Positions 20,515 to 30,830 of a DNA stretch of 64,000 bases are shown piece after piece. Location of the stretch: IMG/VR virus record IMGVR_UViG_3300008954_000007, one strand, 5' to 3'. The first letter of the stretch is position 1; every line of letters starts with the position of its first letter. Source of the stretch: a virus. The notes below the pieces were generated by a model. That model saw only the letters and a list, made by a program, of their open reading frames with translations. It was not told the DNA's origin and did no database searches. The translations under genes and the position numbers were made by a program.

Positions 20515-20811
20515 TTAAGCCTTGACTATATCAGAGATCTTGTACCATCCAGGTTTTGCACCATTTTCTCTTGTCAAGTAAACATAATCTATACCAAGAG
20601 GTTTTAGTATTTCTTGGTGGTTTTTGTCATATCCATCACCATTTTTAGATCCTAGTAATACATCTGCAGAGATGTAAAAATTGCATTTGCTGAAGTATTC
20701 AGCACCAAATGATTCACACTGATCTCTGTCAAGGTAAACATCTTTCCCCATTGATTCAAATGTGGGGTCAAAGTTTTCATTCTTGTATTGGTTCAATTGT
20801 TCTTGCAACAT
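20515..20811 (-). CDS. hypothetical protein
   Basis: promoter/RBS cassette before MLQEQ. Confidence 0.65.
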   Translation of the reverse strand: MLQEQLNQYKNENFDPTFESMGKDVYLDRDQCESFGAEYFSKCNFYISADVLLGSKNGDGYDKNHQEILKPLGIDYVYLTRENGAKPGWYKISDIVKA

Positions 20812-20870
20812 GTTTTCCATCCTTTGTTTGATAGTGTTATTATACCACAATGCTATAAGAAAATCAAGGC

Positions 20871-21122
20871 TTATTTAGCCTTGATTTTCATATCTTCCAA
20901 TGTTAATTCACCATGAATGGGAGTATCTGAAAGGAAGTTTTCATCCATTTCCTTAAAGTTTTTGTATCTAGTTTGTACTAGATATTTACCATTAAATTTA
21001 CCACTTTTGGTTATACCATGTTCTATAATAGTGACAGGTGATTCCCATCCCCAATTAACAGGGATTTTGCAATAAACTTCCTGGTCAGGGGTGAATCTAG
21101 GTTGGCTTAAAATTTTACTCAT
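20871..21122 (-). CDS. hypothetical protein
   Basis: promoter/RBS cassette before MSKILS. Confidence 0.65.
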   Translation of the reverse strand: MSKILSQPRFTPDQEVYCKIPVNWGWESPVTIIEHGITKSGKFNGKYLVQTRYKNFKEMDENFLSDTPIHGELTLEDMKIKAK

Positions 21123-21216
21123 GTTTTTCATCCTTTGTTTGATAGTAGTATTATACCATATTACTATAAGTGTGTCAACCCTAAAGTGTGTTTTATTTAG
21201 GGTTGACACCATTTAT

Positions 21217-21459
21217 TTATCCTTTACAGGTTATGCTAGGATAATCGTTAGTGTTCCAACTTTCTATAATTTCTCTATCCTCACACTGGCTGTCATACTT
21301 TCCCCAATACCAATCACTGAGAAAAAACTTTAAATTGTCCTCATCTTGCCAAGTGGAAGTCATTACGTTATCAACGTCTGTTTGTGTCATAGTTGGTTCT
21401 GGAAAGTTAATTTCCAGTTGCTTGTAGTTGCATGATCTAGTAACAAATTTTCTTCTCAT
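21217..21459 (-). CDS. hypothetical protein
   Basis: promoter/RBS cassette. Confidence 0.6.
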   Translation of the reverse strand: MRRKFVTRSCNYKQLEINFPEPTMTQTDVDNVMTSTWQDEDNLKFFLSDWYWGKYDSQCEDREIIESWNTNDYPSITCKG

Positions 21460-21547
21460 GTTTTCATCCTTTGTTTGATAGTATAATTATATCATAATAC
21501 TATAGTGTGTGTCAAGAAAAAAACGCCATTTCTGGCGTTTTATTTTG

Positions 21548-21805
21548 TTATTCTTTATCCTCAACTACCTCTAAACTACAGCCATTATTGCCATCATTAT
21601 AGATACAAGATGTCCAATCATTAAGGCAGTAATTGCCATCATAATTATCAACGACGCAAACACAAGGCAATTCTAATCTACCATCACACCATATGGGAGT
21701 TTGGAAGTCTAGACCAGCATTGATAACATCTGAGTTGGTAATTACAAAGGCAGTTTCAAGGAATCTTCCTTGAATCTCATCTAAGTTTTTGGGTCTGTAG
21801 TACAT
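21548..21805 (-). CDS. hypothetical protein
   Basis: promoter/RBS cassette; terminator hairpin at 21517-21541. Confidence 0.6.
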   Translation of the reverse strand: MYYRPKNLDEIQGRFLETAFVITNSDVINAGLDFQTPIWCDGRLELPCVCVVDNYDGNYCLNDWTSCIYNDGNNGCSLEVVEDKE

Positions 21806-22383
21806 GTTTCTATCCTTTATTTGATAGCATAATTATACCATAATACTATAACACTGCCAAGGTTAAATTCACTTAGTGAGCAAATTTTTTTTTCAAAAAG
21901 TTTTGGGGTTGGATATGTTTACGTGTGTGTTGACATAGCTATGGTTCACAAACCATGCCAACCACAATTGTCATATCCAACTCCCCAAACGCCTATGGTC
22001 ATTGGATATCACATGTCAACAAACCCTGTTGACAACCCCCTTAAATCTGTGTACACCCTGTTGTTGACAAGCGTCTACATTTGCATACACTGTCAACAAG
22101 GGTTTATTGGCACATGATATGCGCCAACGCCCTGCTAGGGGTATATTGGTGATTAGGGGTGGTACTATATGTAGTGGTATGCCACCCTGGGGGGATACCA
22201 GAAGTTGTGGTGTCCTGGCATAAGGTGGCATACCATATTAGAGGTTGTAGTAGGTGAGTTGTTTACTTGATGCCAAAGACGTACATCATAGCATCTACTG
22301 ATTTGCAGACTTGGAACCAACCCCAACCCATAGCACATCCCACTAATAGGCTTAGTACATAGGCTAGAAATTGATTGAGTGCT

Positions 22384-22695
22384 CTAGTCATTGTTAGTTT
22401 CCTTTTGAGTGGTTGCCATGTGTTCCTTCCATTGTGGGTCTTGATAGTGTTCTTTAAGGTATGGCTGTATGGCATCATATGTAGCACTAATAAAGTTCTT
22501 TAAATCCTGAATTTGGCTAGTTTCTAGCTTGTTATCAACTACTAACTTAGCCAGAAGGTTTCCCCAAAATATATTCATGATAGTGCGCCAATAACTTCCA
22601 GGGTTATTGGCATTAGCATGAACGTGAACGTTACCTATTTGTGGACGCAGACTTCCAAGTTTTTCTGATCTCATTTCCTTCAGATTTTCCATCAT
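22384..22695 (-). CDS. hypothetical protein
   Basis: ORF downstream of cassette gene. Confidence 0.5.
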   Translation of the reverse strand: MMENLKEMRSEKLGSLRPQIGNVHVHANANNPGSYWRTIMNIFWGNLLAKLVVDNKLETSQIQDLKNFISATYDAIQPYLKEHYQDPQWKEHMATTQKETNND

Positions 22696-22852
22696 ATTTA
22701 CTCCATTTCTTCATTCTTTCAGCTTTTTGTCTATCCATATGGCTAGAGAATTCTATGTGGTCATTAAGGCTACTATAATTAAAGTCTGCCTCTGCTTGGT
22801 TGTAGTTACCTGCGTTAAGTGTGCTTCTGAATGGGCTATTGGTTGGTTTCAT
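22631..22852 (-). CDS. hypothetical protein
   Basis: promoter/RBS cassette. Confidence 0.55.
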   Translation of the reverse strand: MKPTNSPFRSTLNAGNYNQAEADFNYSSLNDHIEFSSHMDRQKAERMKKWSKYDGKSEGNEIRKTWKSASTNR

Positions 22853-22955
22853 GTCTAATCATTTCCTTTGTTTGATAGTGGTATTATACCATTATACTAT
22901 AACTATGTCAACCCCATATCCATTTTTTTAGGGGTTGACATCATCTTTTTTTCAC

Positions 22956-23300
22956 TTAGGGGTTATCTGGTCTATCATATCCTAGAGCACCAAAAGCATC
23001 GTCTGTATTGCTTTCTGTTGTGGTGGTTTCCCAAGGCATATCTTGAAACACTAGGTTATCATTCTCATCTAACATATCTCTATCCAACTGTTGACCAATC
23101 CAACTATAAGGACATCCACTCCTTGCTTTAGCTACACCATAAGGCATAATGCCATAGTCAAGATAGTAGCTATATAGTTTGTTAAATAGATCTGGATGAC
23201 TTGACAGTTCAGTGCGTTCAAGTAGGACAGCCATTGCGTCATGCTTGTATTCCATTACTATAGATCTAAGTGATTGGGGTTGATGGGTTGATTGATTCAT
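22956..23300 (-). CDS. hypothetical protein
   Basis: promoter/RBS cassette; MPYGVAKAR.G.P..WI motif. Confidence 0.65.
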   Translation of the reverse strand: MNQSTHQPQSLRSIVMEYKHDAMAVLLERTELSSHPDLFNKLYSYYLDYGIMPYGVAKARSGCPYSWIGQQLDRDMLDENDNLVFQDMPWETTTTESNTDDAFGALGYDRPDNP

Positions 23301-24370
23301 GTTTTCTTTCCTTTAATTGATAGTGGTATTATATCATATCTATAGCATGGTGTCAAGGTTAATGTGCAATTAATTTACTGGCATGTCATGTCATGCCAAG
23401 TGGTACATCTTACTATGCCATAGCATGTCACACATGTTGGCACAATGTGACATGCCAATGTGCAACCCCCTGAAATTTTGGAATGCCATACTCTGCCAAC
23501 TGGCTTTCACTCCAGAGATTCTCAGGGGGTTGTATATTGGCACACAATATGCGCCAACACCCTGCTTGGGGGTACTTTTATAAGGTTGTTTCCTTAGTGT
23601 GGTCTGGACAAGCCCATAGGGGTGATATAGAAGTTATTTCTTTGTTCTTGGTGAATAAATAAGTGATGATATACTAGATGGATGGTTGGTCAATGAGGAA
23701 ACACAACATTTATTATTAATTAACTAAAAATCTAGGCTTAGATTGACGTTAAATATATTAATATGTTGTTGGTCAATAGTGTGAGTGGTGGTTGGTTGTT
23801 TTCAGTTATGCATATGTTAATTAGCGACTATTTTATTGTTCTTTATTTCTTGTTTACAGAGCATATAGTTTTAATGAATAGGGAATTAGACTTAAAGATA
23901 TACTTAGATTTATTAAGGTCATTTAATACATTGTTTGTAAAACTAATGAATGGAATATGCTATGTGGGTAAATAAATTTTGGGATTGTCTAATTGGAATT
24001 TATCGTTGTTTAAAAGTGGGTGTATTGCTAGGTTTAGGATTTATGGTTGGTGTTGTTTTAATTCTTCTAATATTGTTAGTTGGATGGATATTATTTGCTT
24101 TATATTTGTTCTCTTGATGGGCTAGTTGTTGTATATATATTATTTACAGTTGTGATGACATTATTTATTGAGGATTGCTTAGCTATATCTATGGTGAGTG
24201 ATGATATGGTGTTGACTTGAGGGTTGTTTAAGTTAGTAAGTGATTCGTTATGATATACTAGTAGGGATAGCATCTCCTATTGAAGATTAAAGTGATTGTA
24301 ATAGATGTTGTAGTAATCATTTGTAGTTGTTTGGTTTTCTTTAGGTTAATGATAGTGATTAAGCATATAG

Positions 24371-24811
24371 GTGAATAAAGTTATGGCTATTGGCAATGAT
24401 AATAACAATGGTGCTAAGGCACATGTTGAGTATAAGGATGAAGGAGATGCGTCACGAAACAATTTATCTGATGATAATAGTATCAAGTATGATATAGAGC
24501 CTATAGGATATTTTGATTTTTTAGTAAAGCATCGTAATCGCATTGTTAAAGACTCTATATCTATAAGGTTCACTAACGATCAAGTAAAAGGTATCGTTGA
24601 GACATTAAGGAGATATGTACCTATTGACAGTGGTGTAGGTGTGATGCTAATGGTTGCAGTTGACGATAGTAAAAGCTCCATGCTATATCAAGATGGGGTA
24701 GCCATACAGGATTTTGTTATTAAGATAGATAGTGTTGTTCCAATAGAGGACAGTGAGTTAGTTAGTGGTGATCAGGATGCGTCAGGTCAATTGGTCTTTG
24801 ATTGGTCTTAG
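24371..24811 (+). CDS. hypothetical protein
   Basis: 146-aa ORF. Confidence 0.5.
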   Translation: MNKVMAIGNDNNNGAKAHVEYKDEGDASRNNLSDDNSIKYDIEPIGYFDFLVKHRNRIVKDSISIRFTNDQVKGIVETLRRYVPIDSGVGVMLMVAVDDSKSSMLYQDGVAIQDFVIKIDSVVPIEDSELVSGDQDASGQLVFDWS

Positions 24812-24997
24812 TTTTTTTTTCTTTATTTTTATTTATTCTTGATGGTTGTATATGTATGTAGTTATAGTTTAATAGATTTGGAATTTTTTAAATTTTAAAT
24901 TGAGATTTTGAAAATGGGTCTGCTGTGAAAATTATATTCGTTTTTGGGATTGTCAAAGTCTCCTTATTTTAGAAAAATGTAATTTGGCTCTTTTCTG

Positions 24998-25267
24998 ATG
25001 CCAGGAACTCTAAGAGATATGTTCAATAAAGATAATATTGCTTTAACCAATAAAGTATCTAGGCTTATGGATGAGGTTAGAAAAGACATCACTAAGATTT
25101 GTAAGCTGGATAAGAGCCTCAAGGGAATGGCCTGGGAAGAGAAGATGTCTAAGCTACCATCAGATGCCTGGATGATAGAACAGATGATGTTCCAAATAGA
25201 AAACTACATGAAAAGACAGAGTGGTCTAGATAAATGGAAAACACCTCTAAATAAGGAGCAATTTTGA
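24998..25267 (+). CDS. hypothetical protein
   Basis: coupled ORF. Confidence 0.55.
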   Translation: MPGTLRDMFNKDNIALTNKVSRLMDEVRKDITKICKLDKSLKGMAWEEKMSKLPSDAWMIEQMMFQIENYMKRQSGLDKWKTPLNKEQF

Positions 25268-25527
25268 GACTTAGCAACTACAACATTGCCAAGACCCTGT
25301 TCAAGTACATTTGGTTTGTGAGAAGAAAGAAGTGGTTCTTAAGATTCCCATTTTTACCCATTCCACCTATTAGATGGATATTGTGGAGAATGGAAACAGC
25401 CTGGGGAATACAAGCAGATGACTTTAAATGGGGAGATTTACCTAAATTAAAGGTAATGTGTAGGGATGCTTGGTCTTTTGGTAGGTTTCTAACTATGTTT
25501 ACCAATAATGAGAAACCCTTATTTTAA
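25264..25527 (+). CDS. hypothetical protein
   Basis: AAGGAG RBS; PFLPIPP..WILWRMETAWG. Confidence 0.55.
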   Translation: MRLSNYNIAKTLFKYIWFVRRKKWFLRFPFLPIPPIRWILWRMETAWGIQADDFKWGDLPKLKVMCRDAWSFGRFLTMFTNNEKPLF

Positions 25528-25608
25528 AAAACAGGATTTGTCAAAACTGCTTTTAATTGCAAAAACTAAAAACTGCCTTTTTCTGGTCACAATGTTCTTG
25601 AATACACC

Positions 25609-26025
25609 ATGAATAGAAGATTAAATTGGGATGAGTACGCCATAGAGTTAGCCAAAACAGCTTCCCTTAGAAGTGAAGACCCCTACATCCAAGTGGGAGC
25701 TTGCGCTCTAGGCTATAACAACAGAGTACTTGGTCTAGGCTATAATGGTCTAGCTCCAGGCAAGGAAGTAGAACCAAGCTTCTGGCAAGACAGAGACAAA
25801 CGCAGACCCTACATGATCCATGCAGAAGCCAACTGTCTATCTCTATTCAAATCTGGTGAGTGCAAACTCCTAGCAGTGACCCTAATGCCATGTTCTTCTT
25901 GTGCTACTCTCATCGCAGGATACCAAATACAGAGGGTAGTTTATCTGGAGCTATATAAAAGAGATGAAAAGGCTATAGAAATACTAGATTTTTATGGTAT
26001 AATACATCAGCAGGTAACATTATAA
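25609..26025 (+). CDS. dCMP deaminase
   Basis: RSEDP..QVGAC, GYNG, HAEAN, PCSSC zinc-deaminase motifs. Confidence 0.92.
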   Translation: MNRRLNWDEYAIELAKTASLRSEDPYIQVGACALGYNNRVLGLGYNGLAPGKEVEPSFWQDRDKRRPYMIHAEANCLSLFKSGECKLLAVTLMPCSSCATLIAGYQIQRVVYLELYKRDEKAIEILDFYGIIHQQVTL

Positions 26026-26035
26026 AAGGGGTCAC

Positions 26036-26611
26036 ATGAGAGCAGGTAAACTCTCTAGGTTGGAAGAAAGGTATTCCAGGGGATATAGGGGTGGATATAG
26101 AGATGGGTATGAGGCTGCAGTACAGGATTTTTTCTCACAATTCAGTACACCTAAAAAGTGGAAAGATCAGAGAAGACAATTACTAGCCCACATACAAAAC
26201 TTAGATAAGTGGTGGAAAGCAGAGATAATCAGTTCTACAGGATATGATTTCCCACCCATCTTTGAGTTTTTAGAAGAGAAGAAAGCTACGTTAGAAGAAA
26301 CTTATGGTTGCGTCTATTTTATCAACATAACCAACACCAACTTCCTCAAGGTGGGCTACACCTATAATTTCAAAACTAGGTTCAATCAAATACAAAATAA
26401 TGTACCCTCTGACTTAATAGTTTTGGGGAAAGATTGGACAAAACAACCAAAGAAGTTAGAGTCTGCTTACCACACTTTACTCAAACCCCATAGGCTAAAA
26501 AATGGTGAGTGGTTTGAAGTACCCAAACTAACGCAGACCATCAACAAGTGGAGAAACCACCTTAAAGATGACTATCAGGTAGATGAGGATTTTGAAGAGG
26601 AGTTGGTATAA
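26036..26611 (+). CDS. T5orf172/GIY-YIG-like nuclease domain protein
   Basis: VYFI...KVGYT...R...Q...LE...H...GEWF. Confidence 0.75.
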   Translation: MRAGKLSRLEERYSRGYRGGYRDGYEAAVQDFFSQFSTPKKWKDQRRQLLAHIQNLDKWWKAEIISSTGYDFPPIFEFLEEKKATLEETYGCVYFINITNTNFLKVGYTYNFKTRFNQIQNNVPSDLIVLGKDWTKQPKKLESAYHTLLKPHRLKNGEWFEVPKLTQTINKWRNHLKDDYQVDEDFEEELV

Positions 26612-26901
26612 TGAATTTAGTAGAGAGCATAAAAGAAAAAGTTAACCTTCAAAGCATTATTGATACAGTAATAGATCAAGTCTCTGATGAGACAGTTCTA
26701 TATCCAGACCTGGAGAGAGCATTAGTGGGTATAGTCTCCAGGTTTGGTCAACCAGACATCATGTGTTATGACTATGATAAAGTAATAGAGATCTATATGA
26801 ATGATGGAATGACAGATGATGAAGCCAGGGAGCACTTTGACTTCAACACCATAGGGGCATGGTATGGTGAAACTACACCATGTTTCATAAGGAATTCTTA
26901 A
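26611..26901 (+). CDS. conserved-looking phage hypothetical protein
   Basis: YD..K......GM..DEAREHFDFNTIGAWYGETTP.FI motif. Confidence 0.65.
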   Translation: MNLVESIKEKVNLQSIIDTVIDQVSDETVLYPDLERALVGIVSRFGQPDIMCYDYDKVIEIYMNDGMTDDEAREHFDFNTIGAWYGETTPCFIRNS

Positions 26902-28330
26902 AGTTCTCTAACTGCTTATATACTTCTGCTACCAGTTCATTTTTCTTAAATGGCTTACTAACATAGCCATTCATCCCTGCTGCTTCACACTGATCCCTTA
27001 TATCTCCTATTACACTAGCAGAAACAGCCACTATAGGTATATTATAAAGACTAGAAGCCTCTTCATGTTTGCGTATCTTCCTAGAAGCCTCAAATCCATC
27101 CATAACAGGCATTTGTATGTCCATCAGTATTAGATCATAGAACTTCCCCTGAACCATGCTCAGGGCTTCTTCACCATCCTTAGCTGTATCTAGGACACTG
27201 CAAATATCAGCTAGACAACGTTTAGCTAATACCATATTAACTTCATCATCATCAACCACTAAAATTTTAAATTTAGCCATTTTTTCTACATCAAAAATTG
27301 GACATGTTTTCTTAAAGCAATTCTCTATACACAGTGACAATTCAAACTGAAAGATTGAGCCTTTAGTACTACTCTTAGCAGTTATTTCTCCACCCAATTT
27401 CTGCACAAACCTCTGACTAATAGCCAACCCTAATCCAGTTCCACCATATTTACGTGTATTGCTTTCATCCACCTGGAAAAAGGGATCAAACAGTGTTTTA
27501 AGATACTCTTTATCAACACCTATACCAGTGTCCTTAACTTTAAACTTCACCCCTAGCTCACCAACATTAGACACAGACAGAGTAACCATTCCTTTCTCAG
27601 TGAACTTGATGGCATTACCCAATAAGTTAGTTAGCACTTGATGAATCTTCTGTTCATCTCCAAACCTAACTACATCACGCAGATTATCTATCTCTAATGC
27701 AAACTTTAAATCTTTCTTTTCTGCTAGTGGCTTGAAGGAATCAACAACTTCCCTACACAAAGTAGCTAGATTGAAAGACTCACATTTTAAAGATACCTCA
27801 TTAGACTCTACACTGGAGAAGGTTAGGATCTCATCTATCACATGTAACAAACGATTTGAGGAGTGCACAGCACGTTGAATATCTTCAGCTTGAACATCTG
27901 TTACTTCATCTAAGTTAATAAGATCCAGAGATCCTATTATCCCATTCATGGGAGTCCTAATCTCATGACTCATTCTGGATAGAAACTGAGTCTTATTATC
28001 ACTCTCTTCTTCAGCAATCACCTGGGCTTTCTCTGCCACAATAGTAGCGTTTTGAGCTATCACCTTATCAGCTAAAGCATCCTTTAGTTCTTGCTTCAAC
28101 CCCTCTAGTTGGCCCTCAACATGATTGCCAACTTTCTCAACAGCAGTTTCTCTATGCTGAGTCAACATTTTTTTTAAAAAATTTCTTGTTTTAACACCCT
28201 CTTTTCTTTGCACATGAGCTAATAATTCTTTAATTATAAACACCACCCCTAATGCCCAAAAAAAACCCAATAAAAGTGAGTGCCATATTTCTAGATTAGA
28301 AACTGAAAATGTAAGAAAACCTGTCATCAA
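26885..28330 (-). CDS. hybrid sensor histidine kinase / response regulator
   Basis: N-terminal TM; HisKA FLSRMSHEIRTPMNG; NLLGNAIKFT, DTGIG, GGTGLGL; REC VVDDD, MDIQMPVMDG, KP. Confidence 0.93.
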   Translation of the reverse strand: MMTGFLTFSVSNLEIWHSLLLGFFWALGVVFIIKELLAHVQRKEGVKTRNFLKKMLTQHRETAVEKVGNHVEGQLEGLKQELKDALADKVIAQNATIVAEKAQVIAEEESDNKTQFLSRMSHEIRTPMNGIIGSLDLINLDEVTDVQAEDIQRAVHSSNRLLHVIDEILTFSSVESNEVSLKCESFNLATLCREVVDSFKPLAEKKDLKFALEIDNLRDVVRFGDEQKIHQVLTNLLGNAIKFTEKGMVTLSVSNVGELGVKFKVKDTGIGVDKEYLKTLFDPFFQVDESNTRKYGGTGLGLAISQRFVQKLGGEITAKSSTKGSIFQFELSLCIENCFKKTCPIFDVEKMAKFKILVVDDDEVNMVLAKRCLADICSVLDTAKDGEEALSMVQGKFYDLILMDIQMPVMDGFEASRKIRKHEEASSLYNIPIVAVSASVIGDIRDQCEAAGMNGYVSKPFKKNELVAEVYKQLENFKNSL

Positions 28331-28363
28331 TATTTAATCCTCATCCTCTACTTTTACATATTT

Positions 28364-28777
28364 TCATCCATCACTGTTACCACTTCTGGTGTCAAAAGTG
28401 CTGGATACTGCTCCCCCTAGAATTCCTGTTAGGACTAGCAATATTCTTTCAAAAAAAGCCAGTTCTTTTTCTAGAGTGGTGACTTTAAATCCCCAAGATA
28501 GCACAGTTAAAAGAGCCATTGTTAAGATAAGTACAAATACTCCTAAAAATGTTTGTCTAACAATTGATATTTGACCAGAAAGTTTTTGACTTAAAGCTAA
28601 TTCCTTATTACTTATATCTCTTTCTGCAAGAGCATTTTCAGTAATTTCCCTAAGTTCTTTAACCTCTTCCTCTAAAGCAAGTTCTCTTTTTTCTAATGCA
28701 GCTTCTTTTTGTTCAAGCTCAATAATAATATCATGATCAGACTTCTCCCCATAATTTCCATTAATTTCATTTGTCAT
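28364..28777 (-). CDS. coiled-coil plus two-TM membrane protein
   Basis: charged heptads then two hydrophobic segments. Confidence 0.6.
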   Translation of the reverse strand: MTNEINGNYGEKSDHDIIIELEQKEAALEKRELALEEEVKELREITENALAERDISNKELALSQKLSGQISIVRQTFLGVFVLILTMALLTVLSWGFKVTTLEKELAFFERILLVLTGILGGAVSSTFDTRSGNSDG

Positions 28778-28791
28778 CAGAACCCTCTTAT

Positions 28792-29510
28792 AAAAAAAAC
28801 CCCAAGGGTATCAGTCCTTGGGGTCTGCAACGCATCTGCTATCTCCAACTATTCAAGGTACTCTCCTATTAAGGGTAGGTTAATACCTAGAATAATAAAT
28901 GATTAATTCAATAGATTTGTGTCAAGATCAAAGTTTTAAACTGTTACAGATGATATTAAGCATCTGATGTACTCTTAAATTAATCAGATATAATATATCA
29001 TATTGAGGGTTGATTAAACAAAAAAAAACCACCAAGATAATCTTGGTGGTTTTACGATAGGAGACTTTTAATGAATAAAAGTTTGTTATTCACCTTGCGT
29101 CAAAGAAAGCTATTTAGGTCTAGCAGGAAACCCTTGAGGTGTAACAATTCCTCTGGATTTCCTGTTCAACCCACATGAACTTTTCTTAAACTACTATGTC
29201 AAGAAGGAGTTAACTTGTTGACGTTCATTCTCCCTATGTCAAGAAGAATGATAATTGATTCTATCATGAGTAAAACAACAAGTCAAACAAAAAAGCCACA
29301 CCTTAAAACTCAGGAAGAGTTGGTAGGAGAAGGTATGGCTTTTTCAAGGAGTTGTTTATGTCCATATCATTATACCATACCTATAACTCTAAGCAAAAAA
29401 AACCCCCATTGTGTTAAGCCCATCATCACTTGTTTTCAACACAACAGGGGGAGAATGATCATTAGTTCAAGCTCATTCAAGCCTCATCCATCTATATTAT
29501 ACCATATTAC
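28792..29510 (-). ncRNA. putative cluster of short promoter-hairpin-terminator RNAs
   Basis: four minus-strand hairpin + U-tract terminators (~28792-28824, 29017-29053, 29287-29345, 29395-29451), TGGTATAAT -10 boxes at 29369-29377 and 29496-29504, no credible long ORF. Confidence 0.45.
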
Positions 29511-29512
29511 TA

Positions 29513-29902
29513 CTATGAAATAGCAAGTTGAAAAACTCCAGAAAACAATAAAGTGGCTAGACAATACCAGAAAGTATAGTTTTTATTTGTTTCTTGCTTT
29601 TCTAAATCAACGATCAATCTATATTTGTACAACTGATGATTTTTATAGATGACTGAATAGATAGACTCTTCAACTATCTTAGGGCTTATGTTTTCTTTCC
29701 AACCATCCTCACTTAGTAATCCATTGTTCTGACATAAAGACCCCATCATTTTTCTACCTATCTTCCTAGCTTCTTTTTGATCCCAGGCATTTACAAAAAC
29801 AATCAACTGATCTTCACCATTTAAATGATAAGAAATAGAGTGGTCTTTTTCTCCATATGTGGTAATAGAAATCATAAATAAAATCATTATTAGTTTTTTC
29901 AT
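29513..29902 (-). CDS. secreted/membrane-anchored protein
   Basis: MKK + hydrophobic signal peptide, C-terminal hydrophobic tail. Confidence 0.6.
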   Translation of the reverse strand: MKKLIMILFMISITTYGEKDHSISYHLNGEDQLIVFVNAWDQKEARKIGRKMMGSLCQNNGLLSEDGWKENISPKIVEESIYSVIYKNHQLYKYRLIVDLEKQETNKNYTFWYCLATLLFSGVFQLAIS

Positions 29903-30095
29903 AATTAATTTTTGTTATTAACAGCAACAAAATTGATTGGCATTAAAGTCCAACTTAGTTTCTTGACATATAATTCGTCAGCTTGGCATATACTTATTGA
30001 TTAATAGCGTGTTGGCATCCTACAACAAAATTTAGTAACTAAGCAAGATTTGACAATCCAATTTATAAGATCATAGCATTAAGTGCTATCTCAGT

Positions 30096-30213
30096 AAAAA
30101 AAAGTGTTTGTAGGGTCAAACAGGGATTGCTCTCCAAAAGGAAAGTCTTACATCCCCTAACCTAATGGATGATGCCCCACCCATTTGTGCTTTATAGATT
30201 ATGATTTCAGTAT
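30096..30213 (-). ncRNA. omega-RNA-like scaffold copy 1
   Basis: AATGGGTGGGGCATCATCCATTAGGTTAGGGGATGTAAGAC...GCAATCCCTGTTTGACCCTACAAACAC; paired stems. Confidence 0.75.
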
Positions 30214-30468
30214 CCTAACTAGGTTTTCTATGCCCCCCACTGGCAGTTGGCATTTCAGCTTCCACAAAAAACCAAACGTAACCCCACAGGTGTAGCTTTG
30301 ACATTTTTAGCCTGACGAATTGACATTTACACAGGTCTGTAATATGGTCTTGGCATTAAAACCATCTTCTTCTTCTGATTGACATAAGAAACACATTGGT
30401 ATTAAATCATACAATAAACCTAATAAATGTATTTGACATTTAAACTTCTGTAATAAGAAGATATCAAT

Positions 30469-30594
30469 ATGACAAAAAGAAAAAGTGTTTGTAGGGTTAA
30501 ACAAGAATAGCTTTTCAAAAGAAAAGGCTTACATTCTCTAACCTAATGGATGATGCCCCACCCATTTGTATTTTGTCAATTATGATTTCAGTAT
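30469..30594 (-). ncRNA. omega-RNA-like scaffold copy 2
   Basis: near-identical to copy 1 with compensatory stem changes. Confidence 0.75.
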
Positions 30595-30830
30595 TTTCAT
30601 GCGAATAACGCAGTGGTTTGACATTACAAAGACATACATTTCAATTGTGTACGAATATTGGCATTAACAATCACTAACCCCTATATCTGTTGTCATTAGT
30701 CGCACTTAGAACATTTGGCATTACTCTTCTACTGAGAACGCCTTTGTGGTGATTTGGCATCTATGCTACGTTCAAACCCTTGGCATTTTCCTTTGTGTTT
30801 TATTGGCATTAACTTAATGGGAAATTGGCA

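Larger units (their letters stand above)
15955..23358 (-). promoter_or_regulatory. about 11 copies of an early promoter + leader + RBS cassette
   Basis: Minus-strand TTGACA-like..TG(G/A)TATAAT..ctatcaaacaaagga..aaacATG near 15955-16010, 16820-16850, 17475-17530, 18472-18528, 19910-19968, 20812-20868, 21123-21180, 21460-21516, 21806-21862, 22853-22912, 23301-23358. Confidence 0.85.
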
